DNA of 39,746 nt, from assembly GCA_032718475.1 (NCBI GenBank), contig JAUCBJ010000717.1, positions 1 to 39,746 on the forward strand, read 5' to 3'. Below the pieces are notes generated by a model. It was not told the DNA's origin. It saw only the letters and a program-made list of their open reading frames with translations, and did not search any database. Below are positions 1 through 11,800 of the stretch, in pieces (positions within the stretch are counted from its first letter, which is position 1; each line of letters opens with the position of its first letter). The DNA is from Nemertoderma westbladi. Its lineage: Eukaryota > Animalia > Xenacoelomorpha. Position numbers and translations under genes: made by a program.

Positions 1-2189
1 AGGGCTGGAGATAGAATGGACCCTTGTTTTATTCCATTAAGCATAGTGAAACCATTTTCCGATACAAGGCCATTTATGTTTATGAAAAGACGACTAAGCT
101 GATAATAAACAACCAGAATTCTACAGATGTACGGATTGATGACATCGGACATCCTCTGAAACAATTTAATCTGGTCGACTCCGTCATATGCCGCCGAGAT
201 ATCCAGCTGACAAACGTATACTCCAGATCCATGCCTGCGATAATGTTCTATACACTCAAGTACAGCACTGAGAATTACATCACTGCCAATTCCCGATTGA
301 TAAGCCAACTGCTGAGGACTGGGTTCCAGAAAAAGATACTCCCTAAGTAATACTCCTTCGAGTACCTTGCCAAATATGCTGATAGATGATATTGGACGAT
401 ATGACGATGGTGCACAAACATCCTTTTTCTTCCCTTTGTAGATACAGGTGACTACAGTCTCCCCAAAGAAATCAGGCAGGCATCCTAGAGATATGGACTC
501 ATTTAATAACTTTGTTACGTGGTAGCACACAACTTCTTTCTCCGAATATAAAAGGTGCTCTACAGTCATCATCTGCTTGTCTGGGGACTTATTTCTGTTG
601 AGAAGTAAGATTGTCCGTTCAACCAACTTTTCAGAAATGACTGGTGCCTCAGTTTGACTACAAGCTGAACTTAGCTTCTCAAGTAAACTATTTATATTTT
701 TCGGTTGAGAACTGTCCTTTTGTAGCTGATTACATAAATAGTCGGTGAGAGGACCTCTCATGGATTCAGCCGTGGTATCTTTCCGTTTATTATTTACAAA
801 ATTCCAAAATCCACTTGGGTTGTGTCTGTAACTGCCAATTAAATGATCAATGCGCTTGGATAAGTGTTGCTTGGTGAGCCAGTTTTTAAGGTGCCTCGTT
901 GCACGCTTGGAATCTTGAAACATCTGTCCAAAAGTGTCACCCGAATCCTTACCCCTTTCACACCAAATATTATATAACTTTTTAGATGTTTGGCATCTTT
1001 CCAGTAATTTTTTATTTCGCACCCTGATATTGTTCGACTTCTTTTTGTGCTGTTTCTTGGGTATATATTCATAGGCAGTATCATAAAATATTGCTTTCAG
1101 CGAATGACCGTACCAATCTATGTCCCTCTTTGTCCACTTTCGATCAAAACAGGAAACAATGTCCTTTAGCCTATTCAACTTGTGCTCGGTTTCTTGCATA
1201 TACTTAGATAGCTTTTCCTTACTGCACTTTTCCCACGCAAAACGATGTATCCTTTGTACATTTTTTGTTGAAATTTTTTCTTTTTCTTCACGTTTTACTT
1301 CTAGTTTAAAACAAACGAGGACTGGGACATGATCAGAATTATTGTGAACCTCATCCATACCAAAAACGAAGCCTTGATGAATACTATTTGCTCCAGACCT
1401 AGATGTCACTATGTGATCGATGTATGATTTGTTGCGTCCATGAAAAGTTACAGTTGGACCTTGAAAAGCTGAGAATGTGTCCACTGCATGAATACCTTGT
1501 TGCATTAAAAACTCATGAAATATTTTTCCCCTAGCTGATGCATGTTCTCGACTAAAACGCAGTCCCTGCAGAGGCCCAACATCAGCGTTGAAGTCGCCAA
1601 TTAGTATCGGGAGACTATTTGGGTACGACTTTAGGATGTTTGTCAGGCGACCTAAGAAGTCATAAAATTCACTAACTGGTTTACCAGCATCCGGAGCATA
1701 TACATTCAGCACTAACAAATCCAAGTTACCCAAAGTAGCCTTGATACCTATGATGTCATTGCTAGATTCGAGCGGCATAGTGTAGTCAAATAGGTTTTTC
1801 CTAATGAGCAAGCCGACTCCCCCACGAACTACTGCACAATGTTTAGTTTGATGGCCAGGAATATATAGGCATTCATAATTATTTTTAAAGCTTTCACACC
1901 AAATTTTTTCACATTCCGTCCCATCCAACCATAGTTCTTGTATTCCACAAATATCTACATTATGTTCATCCAACAATTTATCGACGTACATCATATTGCT
2001 AAGTGCTCCCCTTACATTAAAAGTCAGGCAGTTCAAATTAGTTTTGGTAACTACAGCAGAATTATTTTCTTTAAAATTGGTGCATTTTGCATCCAAGCCG
2101 GAGCCATTAGAATTGAGCGCTGTAGCACCATCCTGAGCACCAGATCCATCTTTATTGTTAAACACGAATCCTCTTTCTTCTCCCTTCAG
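1..2189 (-). CDS. LINE ORF2: apurinic-like endonuclease + reverse transcriptase (partial, runs off the window)
   Basis: Manual translation finds no stop from 2189 to 1. APE motifs: TFNVRG, DICGIQELWL, RGGVGLLIR, NVYAP, GDFNAD, SYIDHI, NSDHVP. Linker NPSGFWNFV. RT motifs: NKSPD..EHL, SYRPIS, LDISAAYD, GIKQGSILSP. Absent from the ORF track because no stop lies in the window. Start codon uncertain. Confidence 0.93.
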   Translation of the reverse strand, partial: MKGEERGFVFNNKDGSGAQDGATALNSNGSGLDAKCTNFKENNSAVVTKTNLNCLTFNVRGALSNMMYVDKLLDEHNVDICGIQELWLDGTECEKIWCESFKNNYECLYIPGHQTKHCAVVRGGVGLLIRKNLFDYTMPLESSNDIIGIKATLGNLDLLVLNVYAPDAGKPVSEFYDFLGRLTNILKSYPNSLPILIGDFNADVGPLQGLRFSREHASARGKIFHEFLMQQGIHAVDTFSAFQGPTVTFHGRNKSYIDHIVTSRSGANSIHQGFVFGMDEVHNNSDHVPVLVCFKLEVKREEKEKISTKNVQRIHRFAWEKCSKEKLSKYMQETEHKLNRLKDIVSCFDRKWTKRDIDWYGHSLKAIFYDTAYEYIPKKQHKKKSNNIRVRNKKLLERCQTSKKLYNIWCERGKDSGDTFGQMFQDSKRATRHLKNWLTKQHLSKRIDHLIGSYRHNPSGFWNFVNNKRKDTTAESMRGPLTDYLCNQLQKDSSQPKNINSLLEKLSSACSQTEAPVISEKLVERTILLLNRNKSPDKQMMTVEHLLYSEKEVVCYHVTKLLNESISLGCLPDFFGETVVTCIYKGKKKDVCAPSSYRPISSISIFGKVLEGVLLREYLFLEPSPQQLAYQSGIGSDVILSAVLECIEHYRRHGSGVYVCQLDISAAYDGVDQIKLFQRMSDVINPYICRILVVYYQLSRLFININGLVSENGFTMLNGIKQGSILSPA

Positions 2190-5100
2190 TTACCCTATAA
2201 TGATATTGCTTGGGGCTGAAATCTCTTTCTACTGGATAAAGGCAGCTATCCAATTCTACATACTCTGACAAGTCTCTCTCTTTAAAGTCCAATGGAGTAT
2301 TATAAGCAGTTGCGCGTTCTTCCCATCTAACACAAGTGATACCATCTGGCCAGAAAGATGGCTCCAAAAGATCTTGTTTACAGTTTCTCTCCATAATGAG
2401 CTTCATGTTTTTAATTCCATCAAAGATTCTTGTGGTTATACGGTGAATACGTGCCCCGCGATGTTCTACATAGGCGACAATGTCTTCCTCTGTATGTTTG
2501 CAGTTGATACCATTTACAAAAAACACCTGTGATTCAAGTTGTTTTCTGCCATTATTTGAATTCCCCTTTTCTCTATGTGAGTCGTTTTCTTTTCTCTTAA
2601 CATCATGTTTATCCATATCCCTACATGAAAAGTTGGTCTTTAAATCTTTGTTCTTTGTTTCCATTTTATTATTCACTGTGACATTAATTGTGTTCAAATG
2701 TTGTTGTTTTGGAAGAGAGCTGGATTTTGTATTTGTAACACTTTCGGTACTTTCAGTCTGTTTTATCTCTGGAAAAGTGTACCTGTTAGAGACTGGTATC
2801 TGAAATGCGTGACTTCCGTTTTGATTAATGAAGTTAACGCGTTTCCTTGTGCAATTCTTTGACTTGACTATGGTATATTCCGGTTCTTTCTTCCCAAAGG
2901 TATCAAGAACCTCATTATCTGTATCACCTATGGAATCAATCACTATGAAACAGTCATCTTGGGATCCCTTGATTGATGCTTGACATACATTCTGAGCAAT
3001 AGTTACACTTGTAATTGGTTTTTCTTTCATAGGCTGTGTCTGATTGTTATCTTTAGTACTCTCAACTTGTTGTTCAGCATTCCCTTTGATCAATTTTGTT
3101 AATGTTTCCATCTGATACTGAAGGACGTTTCTCAGCCGTCTTTCATGCTCTAATTCTTCACGTAGAAAACCCACTTCTTGCTTTAATGATGTTATATGAG
3201 TCTCTGTCTGGCTGAGTCTACCTTGGAGTACGGCAGAGGAATTTATACATTCCTGATGGACATCCTCCAGAGTTGTGGACCCATCACTGTTGAGCTCCTT
3301 CCTTTTAAGCCGGCGCTTGCAGCATTCTGTGAAATTGTTTGATTCTTTGCATTTGTAGATCTCATAAATGTCAGTGACCAGCTCCTTTAGTGCCGCCCTG
3401 GATCGTAGCTGCAATGTGACAGAGTTTGTTGGGGACATTAAAGATTTTATGTCAGTAAAAAATTGACTTCTCAAAACATTACATTCTTCAGTTGTGTACG
3501 TTTTCATCATCTGTTTAATCGCAAATTGTCGCGGTTGTTGCATGATCTGATGAAAAATTGATCCATCCGAAGTATTAATATGATTATTTTTCTGCTTATA
3601 TCCAGGGTCTTCAGTGGAGTCAAAGGAACTTGTTTCCTGGTTTCCCAATGAATTTTGTAGTCGCTTAGTAGAAACCGAATCCATACTTAGACAGAAATTC
3701 TCCTTATTTTTATCGAAAGTATTTTGATATCTTTTTTCTCCTCGTTGTATCTGAGAAAAACTAAAGATACCTGCAGATTCAATTAGTTTGCATTCTGTCA
3801 GGCATTCAAGAATCCACTTGCGTGCTTTCGCACTATCAAACACCACATCTGGGAGAACAACAGTATTTAAACCGCAGGCTAGAGCATAGTAGCACACAAA
3901 AACTCCACAATCAATACTGTTTCTTTGTTTCGTGAATTTCCTTGTCGAGACAGCTGAAAACCAAATTTTTTTGTGTCTTTCTTCCGTTTCAGGAGACAGT
4001 TCATCAATTAATGCCAACAGTTTGAAGATTTCCTCAGTAGTGGCTGTAGGTACATTTATATTTAGTGAATCAATACATTCAACTTGCCTGGTCAGGGTAT
4101 CAGCTATATGAAGTATAAAATGATTGCTCTGACATTCCGGGAAGAAAATATATCTTGGTTGAAGACCATCAGTATTAAATTTTCCATAATAAGCCTTTGC
4201 AATATACTTCACAGCACTTAAATTATCGTAGACTCGTGTCCCTTCAACCCAGTCCAAAGATTGTAATTTAGTTGTAAGACAGCAACTAACGTAGGAAGTG
4301 TGAGGAATGTTTCGTTCAACTAAACTTAGAAACCCCTCAAGTATGGAGTCAGTTAGCCAATCTCGGGTGTTAAGGAGATTTAAATCTGCAACTGATTGAA
4401 GAACAAGTCCCCTAGTACCAGGCTTAGCATCAGAACAACATTGCAAATAATCCTTAATTGCCTTTGAGTTGTCATGTCGAAAATTTGATTGACTACAGGG
4501 ATAGACTTCTACGTGACAGGCTTGATTGAAATTCTTTGATCCCTCTACCAAGGCAGTTTCATGTTTCTCTTGATTTCCGGGACACTTACCAGCATAATGC
4601 GATGGCTGAAATGGAGCCACACCTGGGTCTAGTTGGTGTTGGTTTGATTTGTTTGCGCTCAAATTGGAAATCTCATACGAAATCTGATCCAGTGAACCAG
4701 AGACCAGCTCCCCATCCGGCTCCACCACAGCCCGATCCAATCCCAGATTTGTCGACCCAGAAGGTGAACCCTCGACCGGAGGAGAAGGAGGGTTGGATCC
4801 CGGAGATGGCGACCCGGAAGGTGAACTCTCAACTGGAGGAGATGGAGAAGGAGGGTTGGATCCCGGAGACGGCGACCCGGAAGGTGAACCCTCGACTGGA
4901 GGAGAAGCAGGGTTGGATCGCGGAGATGGCGACCCGGAAACGGAACCCTCGACTGGAGGAGAATGAGGGTTGGATCCCGGAGACGGCGACCCGGAAGGTG
5001 AACCCTCAACTGGAGGAGAAGGAGGGTTGGATCCCGGAGATGGCGACCCGGAAGGTGAACCCTCGACTGGAGGAGAAGGAGGGTTGAATCCCGGAGATGG

Positions 5101-5745
5101 CGACCCGGAAGGTGAACCCTCGACTGGAGGAGATGGAGAAGGAGGGTTGGATCCCGGAGATGGCGACCCGGAAGCTGAACCCTCGACTGGAGGAGAAGGA
5201 GAATTGGATCCCGGAGATGGCGACCCGGAAGGTGAGCCCTCGACCGGAGGAGAAGGAGGGTTGGATCCCGGAGATGGCGACCCGGAAGCTGAACCCTCGA
5301 CTGGAGGAGGAGGGTTGGATACCGGAGTCGGCGACCCGCAAGGTACCGGTATCTTCCTTAATCTCCAAGATCCGTCGTCTGCCAGATCCTCTATCTTATA
5401 GGGGTCAGCGGAGTGATCCTTCTTGACAGTTAACTGGGGAACACTTTCTGTGTTCTTGGGATCTCCGGGTTTACCCAATACTGGTAGTCCTACCTTGTGG
5501 TTATACACAGCCGATTTCCTCCTAAGGCCATCTGGTACCGTAACCGGTTGGCCTACCGATAACGATTGTCTCCGCTTTAAATCCGCCGATTTACTTGAGG
5601 TAACAGAGCTGTTTGCTTTTTTACCGGAGTTAGAGCAGAGGCCGCGTTTATTTGGCGCACAGTTTGTACATTTCCTTTGGTCGTTAACGCAGCTGCATTT
5701 ATTGCAACGTCCCCTTGTAGCGGAACAGACGCAGCAAGGTGCCAT
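2158..5745 (-). CDS. LINE ORF1 protein (1195 aa): CXC-like Cys-rich domain, Pro/Ser repeats, Ulp1/SENP-like C48 protease, coiled coil, RRM-like C-terminal domain
   Basis: N-terminus CCVCSATRGRCNKCSCVNDQRKCTNCAP..LCSN. Protease motifs WLTDSIL, IFFP...NHFIL...CIDSL, QRNSIDCGVFV. Heptad region LSQTETHITSLKQEVGFLREEL. C-terminal VFFVNGI..TEEDI...LLEPSFWPDGITCVRW is typical of invertebrate LINE ORF1 ends. Position directly upstream of APE-RT. Confidence 0.88.
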   Translation of the reverse strand: MAPCCVCSATRGRCNKCSCVNDQRKCTNCAPNKRGLCSNSGKKANSSVTSSKSADLKRRQSLSVGQPVTVPDGLRRKSAVYNHKVGLPVLGKPGDPKNTESVPQLTVKKDHSADPYKIEDLADDGSWRLRKIPVPCGSPTPVSNPPPPVEGSASGSPSPGSNPPSPPVEGSPSGSPSPGSNSPSPPVEGSASGSPSPGSNPPSPSPPVEGSPSGSPSPGFNPPSPPVEGSPSGSPSPGSNPPSPPVEGSPSGSPSPGSNPHSPPVEGSVSGSPSPRSNPASPPVEGSPSGSPSPGSNPPSPSPPVESSPSGSPSPGSNPPSPPVEGSPSGSTNLGLDRAVVEPDGELVSGSLDQISYEISNLSANKSNQHQLDPGVAPFQPSHYAGKCPGNQEKHETALVEGSKNFNQACHVEVYPCSQSNFRHDNSKAIKDYLQCCSDAKPGTRGLVLQSVADLNLLNTRDWLTDSILEGFLSLVERNIPHTSYVSCCLTTKLQSLDWVEGTRVYDNLSAVKYIAKAYYGKFNTDGLQPRYIFFPECQSNHFILHIADTLTRQVECIDSLNINVPTATTEEIFKLLALIDELSPETEERHKKIWFSAVSTRKFTKQRNSIDCGVFVCYYALACGLNTVVLPDVVFDSAKARKWILECLTECKLIESAGIFSFSQIQRGEKRYQNTFDKNKENFCLSMDSVSTKRLQNSLGNQETSSFDSTEDPGYKQKNNHINTSDGSIFHQIMQQPRQFAIKQMMKTYTTEECNVLRSQFFTDIKSLMSPTNSVTLQLRSRAALKELVTDIYEIYKCKESNNFTECCKRRLKRKELNSDGSTTLEDVHQECINSSAVLQGRLSQTETHITSLKQEVGFLREELEHERRLRNVLQYQMETLTKLIKGNAEQQVESTKDNNQTQPMKEKPITSVTIAQNVCQASIKGSQDDCFIVIDSIGDTDNEVLDTFGKKEPEYTIVKSKNCTRKRVNFINQNGSHAFQIPVSNRYTFPEIKQTESTESVTNTKSSSLPKQQHLNTINVTVNNKMETKNKDLKTNFSCRDMDKHDVKRKENDSHREKGNSNNGRKQLESQVFFVNGINCKHTEEDIVAYVEHRGARIHRITTRIFDGIKNMKLIMERNCKQDLLEPSFWPDGITCVRWEERATAYNTPLDFKERDLSEYVELDSCLYPVERDFSPKQYHYRVTEGRRKRIRV
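4757..5340 (-). repeat. Coding minisatellite in ORF1, about 10 units of 57/63 bp (SPSPGSNPPSPPVEGSPSG)
   Basis: Repeated GGATCCCGGAGATGGCGACCCGGAAGGTGAACCCTCGACTGGAGGAG; unit lengths are multiples of 3, so the frame is preserved. Confidence 0.95.
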
Positions 5746-5863
5746 AATAATCTCACGATATTGATAGGTTATAATATTTCAGCAGTATTAGTACGAAATT
5801 AGGGTATGTACCGGTACGTTACTCAATGTGTCTGTTAGGACGGCAGTATGTACTGTAAACAAA

Positions 5864-8800
5864 TGGAATATTATTTAGTACAAGCGAGAGTGTAGATGGG
5901 TGGAATATTATTTAGTACAAGCGAGAGTGTAGATGGGTGGAATATTATTTAGTACAAGTAAGAGTGTAGATGGGTGGAATATTATTTAGTACAAGCGGGA
6001 GTGTAGATGGGTGGAATATTATTTAGTACAAGCGAGAGTGTAGATGGGTGGAATATTATTTAGTACAAGCGAGAGTGTAGATGGGTGGAATATTATTTAG
6101 TACAAGCGAGAGTGTAGATGGGTGGAATATTATTTAGTACAAGCGAGAGTGTAGATGGGTGGAATATTATTTAGTACAAGAGTGTAGATGGGTGGAATAT
6201 TATTTAGTACAAGAGTGTAGATGGGTGGAATATTATTTAGTACAAGCGAGAGTGTAGATGGGTGGAATATTATTTAGTACAAGCGAGAGTGTAGATGGGT
6301 GGAATATTATTTAGTACAAGAGTGTAGATGGGTGGAATATTATTTAGTACAAGCGAGAGTGTAGATGGGTGGAATATTATTTAGTACAAGAGTACTGTAG
6401 ATGGGTGGAATATTATTTAGTACAAGCGAGAGTGTAGATGGGTGGAATATTATTTAGTACAAGAGTGTAGATGGGTGGAATATTATTTAGTACAAGCGAG
6501 AGTGTAGATGGGTGGAATATTATTTAGTACAAGCGGGAGTGTAGATGGGTGGAATATTATTTAGTACAAGCGAGAGTGTAGATGGGTGGAATATTATTTA
6601 GTACAAGAGTGTAGATGGGGGGAATATTATTTAGTACAAGCGAGAGTGTAGATGGGTGGAATATTATTTAGTACAAGAGTGTAGATGGGTGGAATATTAT
6701 TTAGTACAAGCGAGAGTGTAGATGGGTGGAACATTATTTAGTACAAGAGTGTAGATGGGTGGAATATTATTTAGTACAAGTAAGAGTGTAGATGGGTGGA
6801 ACATTATTTAGTACAAGCGAGAGTGTAGATGGGTGGAATATTATTTAGTACAAGAGTGTAGATGGGTGGAATATTATTTAGTACAAGAGTGTAGATGGGT
6901 GGAATATTATTTAGTACAAGCGAGAGTGTAGATGGGTGGAATATTATTTAGTACAAGCGAGAGTGTAGATGGGTGGAATATTATTTAGTGCAAGCGAGAG
7001 TGTAGATGGGTGGAATATTATTTAGTACAAGCGAGAGTGTAGATGGGTGGAATATTATTTAGTACAAGCGAGAGAGTAGATGGGTGGAATATTATTTAGT
7101 ACAAGTAAGAGTGTAGATGGGTGGAATATTATTTAGTACAAGAGTGTAGATGGGTGGAATATTATTTAGTACAAGAGTGTAGATGGGTGGAATATTATTT
7201 AGTACAAGCGAGAGTGTAGATGGGTGGAATATTATTTAGTACAAGCGAGAGTGTAGATGGGTGGAATATTATTTAGTACAAGCGAGAGTGTAGATGGGTG
7301 GAATATTATTTAGTGCAAGCGAGAGTGTAGATGGGTGGAATATTATTTAGTACAAGCAAGAGTGTAGATGGGTGGAATATTATTTAGTACAAGCGAGAGT
7401 GTAGATGGGTGGAATATTATTTAGTACAAGCGAGAGTGTAGATGGGTGGAATATTATTTAGTACAAGCGAGAGTGTAGATGGGTGGAATATTATTTAGTA
7501 CAAGCGAGAGTGTAGATGGGTGGAATATTATTTAGTACAAGCGAGAGTGTAGATGGGTGGAATATTATTTAGTACAAGAGTGTAGATGGGGGGAATATTA
7601 TTTAGTACAAGTAAGAGTGTAGATGGGTGGAATATTATTTAGTACAAGCGAGAGTGTAGATGGGTGGAATATTATTTAGTACAAGAGTGTAGATGGGTGG
7701 AATATTATTTAGTACAAGAGTGTAGATGGGTGGAATATTATTTAGTACAAGTAAGAGTGTAGATGGGTGGAACATTATTTAGTACAAGCGAGAGTGTAGA
7801 TGGGTGGAATATTATTTAGTACAAGAGTGTAGATGGGTGGAATATTATTTAGTACAAGCGAGAGTGTAGATGGGTGGAATATTATTTAGTACGAGCGAGA
7901 GTGTAGATGGGTGGAATATTATTTAGTACAAGAGTGTAGATGGGTGGAATATTATTTAGTACAAGCGAGAGTGTAGATGGGTGGAATATTATTTAGTACA
8001 AGAGTGTAGATGGGTGGAATATTATTTAGTACAAGCGAGAGTGTAGATGGGTGGAATATTATTTAGTACAAGCGAGAGTGTAGATGGGTGGAATATTATT
8101 TAGTACAAGAGTGTAGATGGGTGGAATATTATTTAGTACAAGAGTGTAGATGGGTGGAATATTATTTAGTACAAGAGTGTAGATGGGTGGAATATTATTT
8201 AGTACAAGAGTGTAGATGGGTGGAATATTATTTAGTACAAGAGTGTAGATGGGTGGAATATTATTTAGTACAAGAGTGTAGATGGGTGGAATATTATTTA
8301 GTACAAGAGTGTAGATGGGTGGAATATTATTTAGTACAAGAGTGTAGATGGGTGGAATATTATTTAGTACAAGAGTGTAGATGGGTGGAATATTATTTAG
8401 TACAAGAGTGTAGATGGGTGGAATATTATTTAGTACAAGCGAGAGTGTAGATGGGTGGAATATTATTTAGTACAAGCGAGAGTGTAGATGGGTGGAATAT
8501 TATTTAGTACAAGAGTGTAGATGGGTGGAATATTATTTAGTACAAGAGTGTAGATGGGTGGAATATTATTTAGTACAAGAGTGTAGATGGGTGGAATATT
8601 ATTTAGTACAAGAGTGTAGATGGGTGGAATATTATTTAGTACAAGAGTGTAGATGGGTGGAATATTATTTAGTACAAGCGAGAGTGTAGATGGGTGGAAT
8701 ATTATTTAGTACAAGCGAGAGTGTAGATGGGTGGAATATTATTTAGTATAAGTAAGAGTGTAGATGGGTGGAACATTATTTAGTACAAGCGAGAGTGTAG

Positions 8801-11800
8801 ATGGGTGGAATATTATTTAGTACAAGAGTGTAGATGGGTGGAATATTATTTAGTACAAGCGAGAGTGTAGATGGGTGGAATATTATTTAGTACAAGAGTG
8901 TAGATGGGTGGAATATTATTTAGTACAAGTAAGAGTGTAGATGGGTGGAACATTATTTAGTACAAGCGAGAGTGTAGATGGGTGGAATATTATTTAGTAC
9001 AAGTAAGAGTGTAGATGGGTGGAATATTATTTAGTACAAGTAAGAGTGTAGATGGGTGGAACATTATTTAGTACAAGCGAGAGTGTAGATGGGTGGAATA
9101 TTATTTAGTACAAGAGTGTAGATGGGTGGAATATTATTTAGTACAAGCGAGAGTGTAGATGGGTGGAATATTATTTAGTACAAGAGTGTAGATGGGTGGA
9201 ATATTATTTAGTACAAGTAAGAGTGTAGATGGGTGGAACATTATTTAGTACAAGCGAGAGTGTAGATGGGTGGAATATTATTTAGTACAAGTAAGAGTGT
9301 AGATGGGTGGAATATTATTTAGTACAAGTAAGAGTGTAGATGGGTGGAACATTATTTAGTACAAGCGAGAGTGTAGATGGGTGGAGTATTATTTAGTACA
9401 AGCGAGAGTGTAGATGGGTGGAATATTATTTAGTACAAGAGTGTAGATGGGTGGAATATTATTTAGTACAAGCGAGAGTGTAGATGGGTGGAACATTATT
9501 TAGTACAAGAGTGTAGATGGGTGGAATATTATTTAGTACAAGAGTGGAGATGGGTGGAATATTATTTAGTACAAGCAAGAGTGTAGATGGGTGGAATATT
9601 ATTTAGTACAAGAGTGTAGATGGGTGGAATATTATTTAGTACAAGAGTGTAGATGGGTGGAATATTATTTAGTACAAGCGAGAGTGTAGATGGGTGGAAT
9701 ATTATTTAGTACAAGAAAGAGTGTAGATGGGTGGAACATTATTTAGTACAAGAGTGTAGATGGGTGGAATATTATTTAGTACAAGAGTGTAGATGGGTGG
9801 AATATTATTTAGAACAAGCGAGAGTGTAGATGGGTGGAATATTATTTAGTACAAGAGTGTAGATGGGTGGAATATTATTTAGTACAAGAGTGTAGATGGG
9901 TGGAATATTATTTAGAACAAGCGAGAGTGTAGATGGGTGGAATATTATTTAGTACAAGCGAGAGTGTAGATGGGTGGAACATTATTTAGTACAAGCGAGA
10001 GTGTAGATGGGTGGAATATTATTTAGTACAAGTAAGAGTGTAGATGGGTGGAATATTATTTAGTACAAGCGAGAGTGTAGATGGGTGGAATATTATTTAG
10101 TACAAGCGAGAGTGTAGATGGGTGGAATATTATTTAGTACAAGTAAGAGTGTAGATGGGTGGAATATTATTTAGTACAAGCGAGAGTGTAGATGGGTGGA
10201 ATATTATTTAGTACAAGCGAGAGTGTAGATGGGTGGAATATTATTTAGTACAAGCGAGAGTGTAGATGGGTGGAATATTATTTAGTACAAGAGTGTAGAT
10301 GGGTGGAATATTATTTAGTACAAGCGAGAGTGTAGATGGGTGGAATATTATTTAGTACAAGTAAGAGTGTAGATGGGTGGAATATTATTTAGTACAAGTA
10401 AGAGTGTAGATGGGTGGAATATTATTTAGTACAAGCGAGAGTGTAGATGGGTGGAATATTATTTAGTACAAGCGAGAGTGTAGATGGGTGGAATATTATT
10501 TAGTACAAGCGAGAGTGTAGATGGGTGGAATATTATTTAGTACAAGCGAGAGTGTAGATGGGTGGAATATTATTTAGTACAAGCGAGAGTGTAGATGGGT
10601 GGAATATTATTTAGTACGAGCGAGAGTGTAGATGGGTGGAATATTATTTAGTACGAGCGAGAGTGTAGATGGGTGGAATATTATTTAGTACAAGCGAGAG
10701 TGTAGATGGGTGGAATATTATTTAGTACAAGTAAGAGTGTAGATGGGTGGAATATTATTTAGTACAAGCGAGAGTGTAGATGGGTGGAATATTATTTAGT
10801 ACAAGCGAGAGTGTAGATGGGTGGAATATTATTTAGTACAAGTAAGAGTGTAGATGGGTGGAATATTATTTAGTACAAGCGAGAGTGTAGATGGGTGGAA
10901 TATTATTTAGTACAAGTAAGAGTGTAGATGGGTGGAATATTATTTAGTACAAGCGAGAGTGTAGATGGGTGGAATATTATTTAGTACAAGCGAGAGTGTA
11001 GATGGGTGGAATATTATTTAGTACAAGTAAGAGTGTAGATGGGTGGAATATTATTTAGTACAAGCGAGAGTGTAGATGGGTGGAATATTATTTAGTACAA
11101 GTAAGAGTGTAGATGGGTGGAATATTATTTAGTACAAGCGAGAGTGTAGATGGGTGGAATATTATTTAGTACAAGTAAGAGTGTAGATGGGTGGAATATT
11201 ATTTAGTACAAGCGAGAGTGTAGATGGGTGGAATATTATTTAGTACAAGTAAGAGTGTAGATGGGTGGAATATTATTTAGTACAAGCGAGAGTGTAGATG
11301 GGTGGAATATTATTTAGTACAAGTAAGAGTGTAGATGGGTGGAATATTATTTAGTACAAGCGAGAGTGTAGATGGGTGGAATATTATTTAGTACAAGCGA
11401 GAGTGTAGATGGGTGGAATATTATTTAGTACAAGTAAGAGTGTAGATGGGTGGAATATTATTTAGTACAAGCGAGAGTGTAGATGGGTGGAATATTATTT
11501 AGTACGAGCGAGAGTGTAGATGGGTGGAATATTATTTAGTACAAGCGAGAGTGTAGATGGGTGGAATATTATTTAGTACAAGCGAGAGTGTAGATGGGTG
11601 GAATATTATTTAGTACAAGTAAGAGTGTAGATGGGTGGAATATTATTTAGTACAAGCGAGAGTGTAGATGGGTGGAATATTATTTAGTACAAGCGAGAGT
11701 GTAGATGGGTGGAATATTATTTAGTACAAGTAAGAGTGTAGATGGGTGGAATATTATTTAGTACAAGCGAGAGTGTAGATGGGTGGAATATTATTTAGTA

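Larger units (their letters stand above)
1..5860 (-). mobile_element. Two-ORF APE-type non-LTR retrotransposon (RTEX/Daphne/L2-like; clade not resolved), 3' part outside the window
   Basis: ORF1 (5745..2158) is followed by an overlapping, stop-free APE+RT frame to the window edge. The 5' boundary is approximate, between the ORF1 ATG and the satellite start at 5864. Confidence 0.9.

Noticed and set aside
2158-5745. ORF1 as a host SENP gene
   Set aside because: The protease is internal, is followed by LINE-ORF1-like coiled-coil and RRM-like domains, and overlaps an APE-RT frame.
8088-8689. EYYLVQECRWV repeat ORFs
   Set aside because: Runs of 33-bp satellite units.
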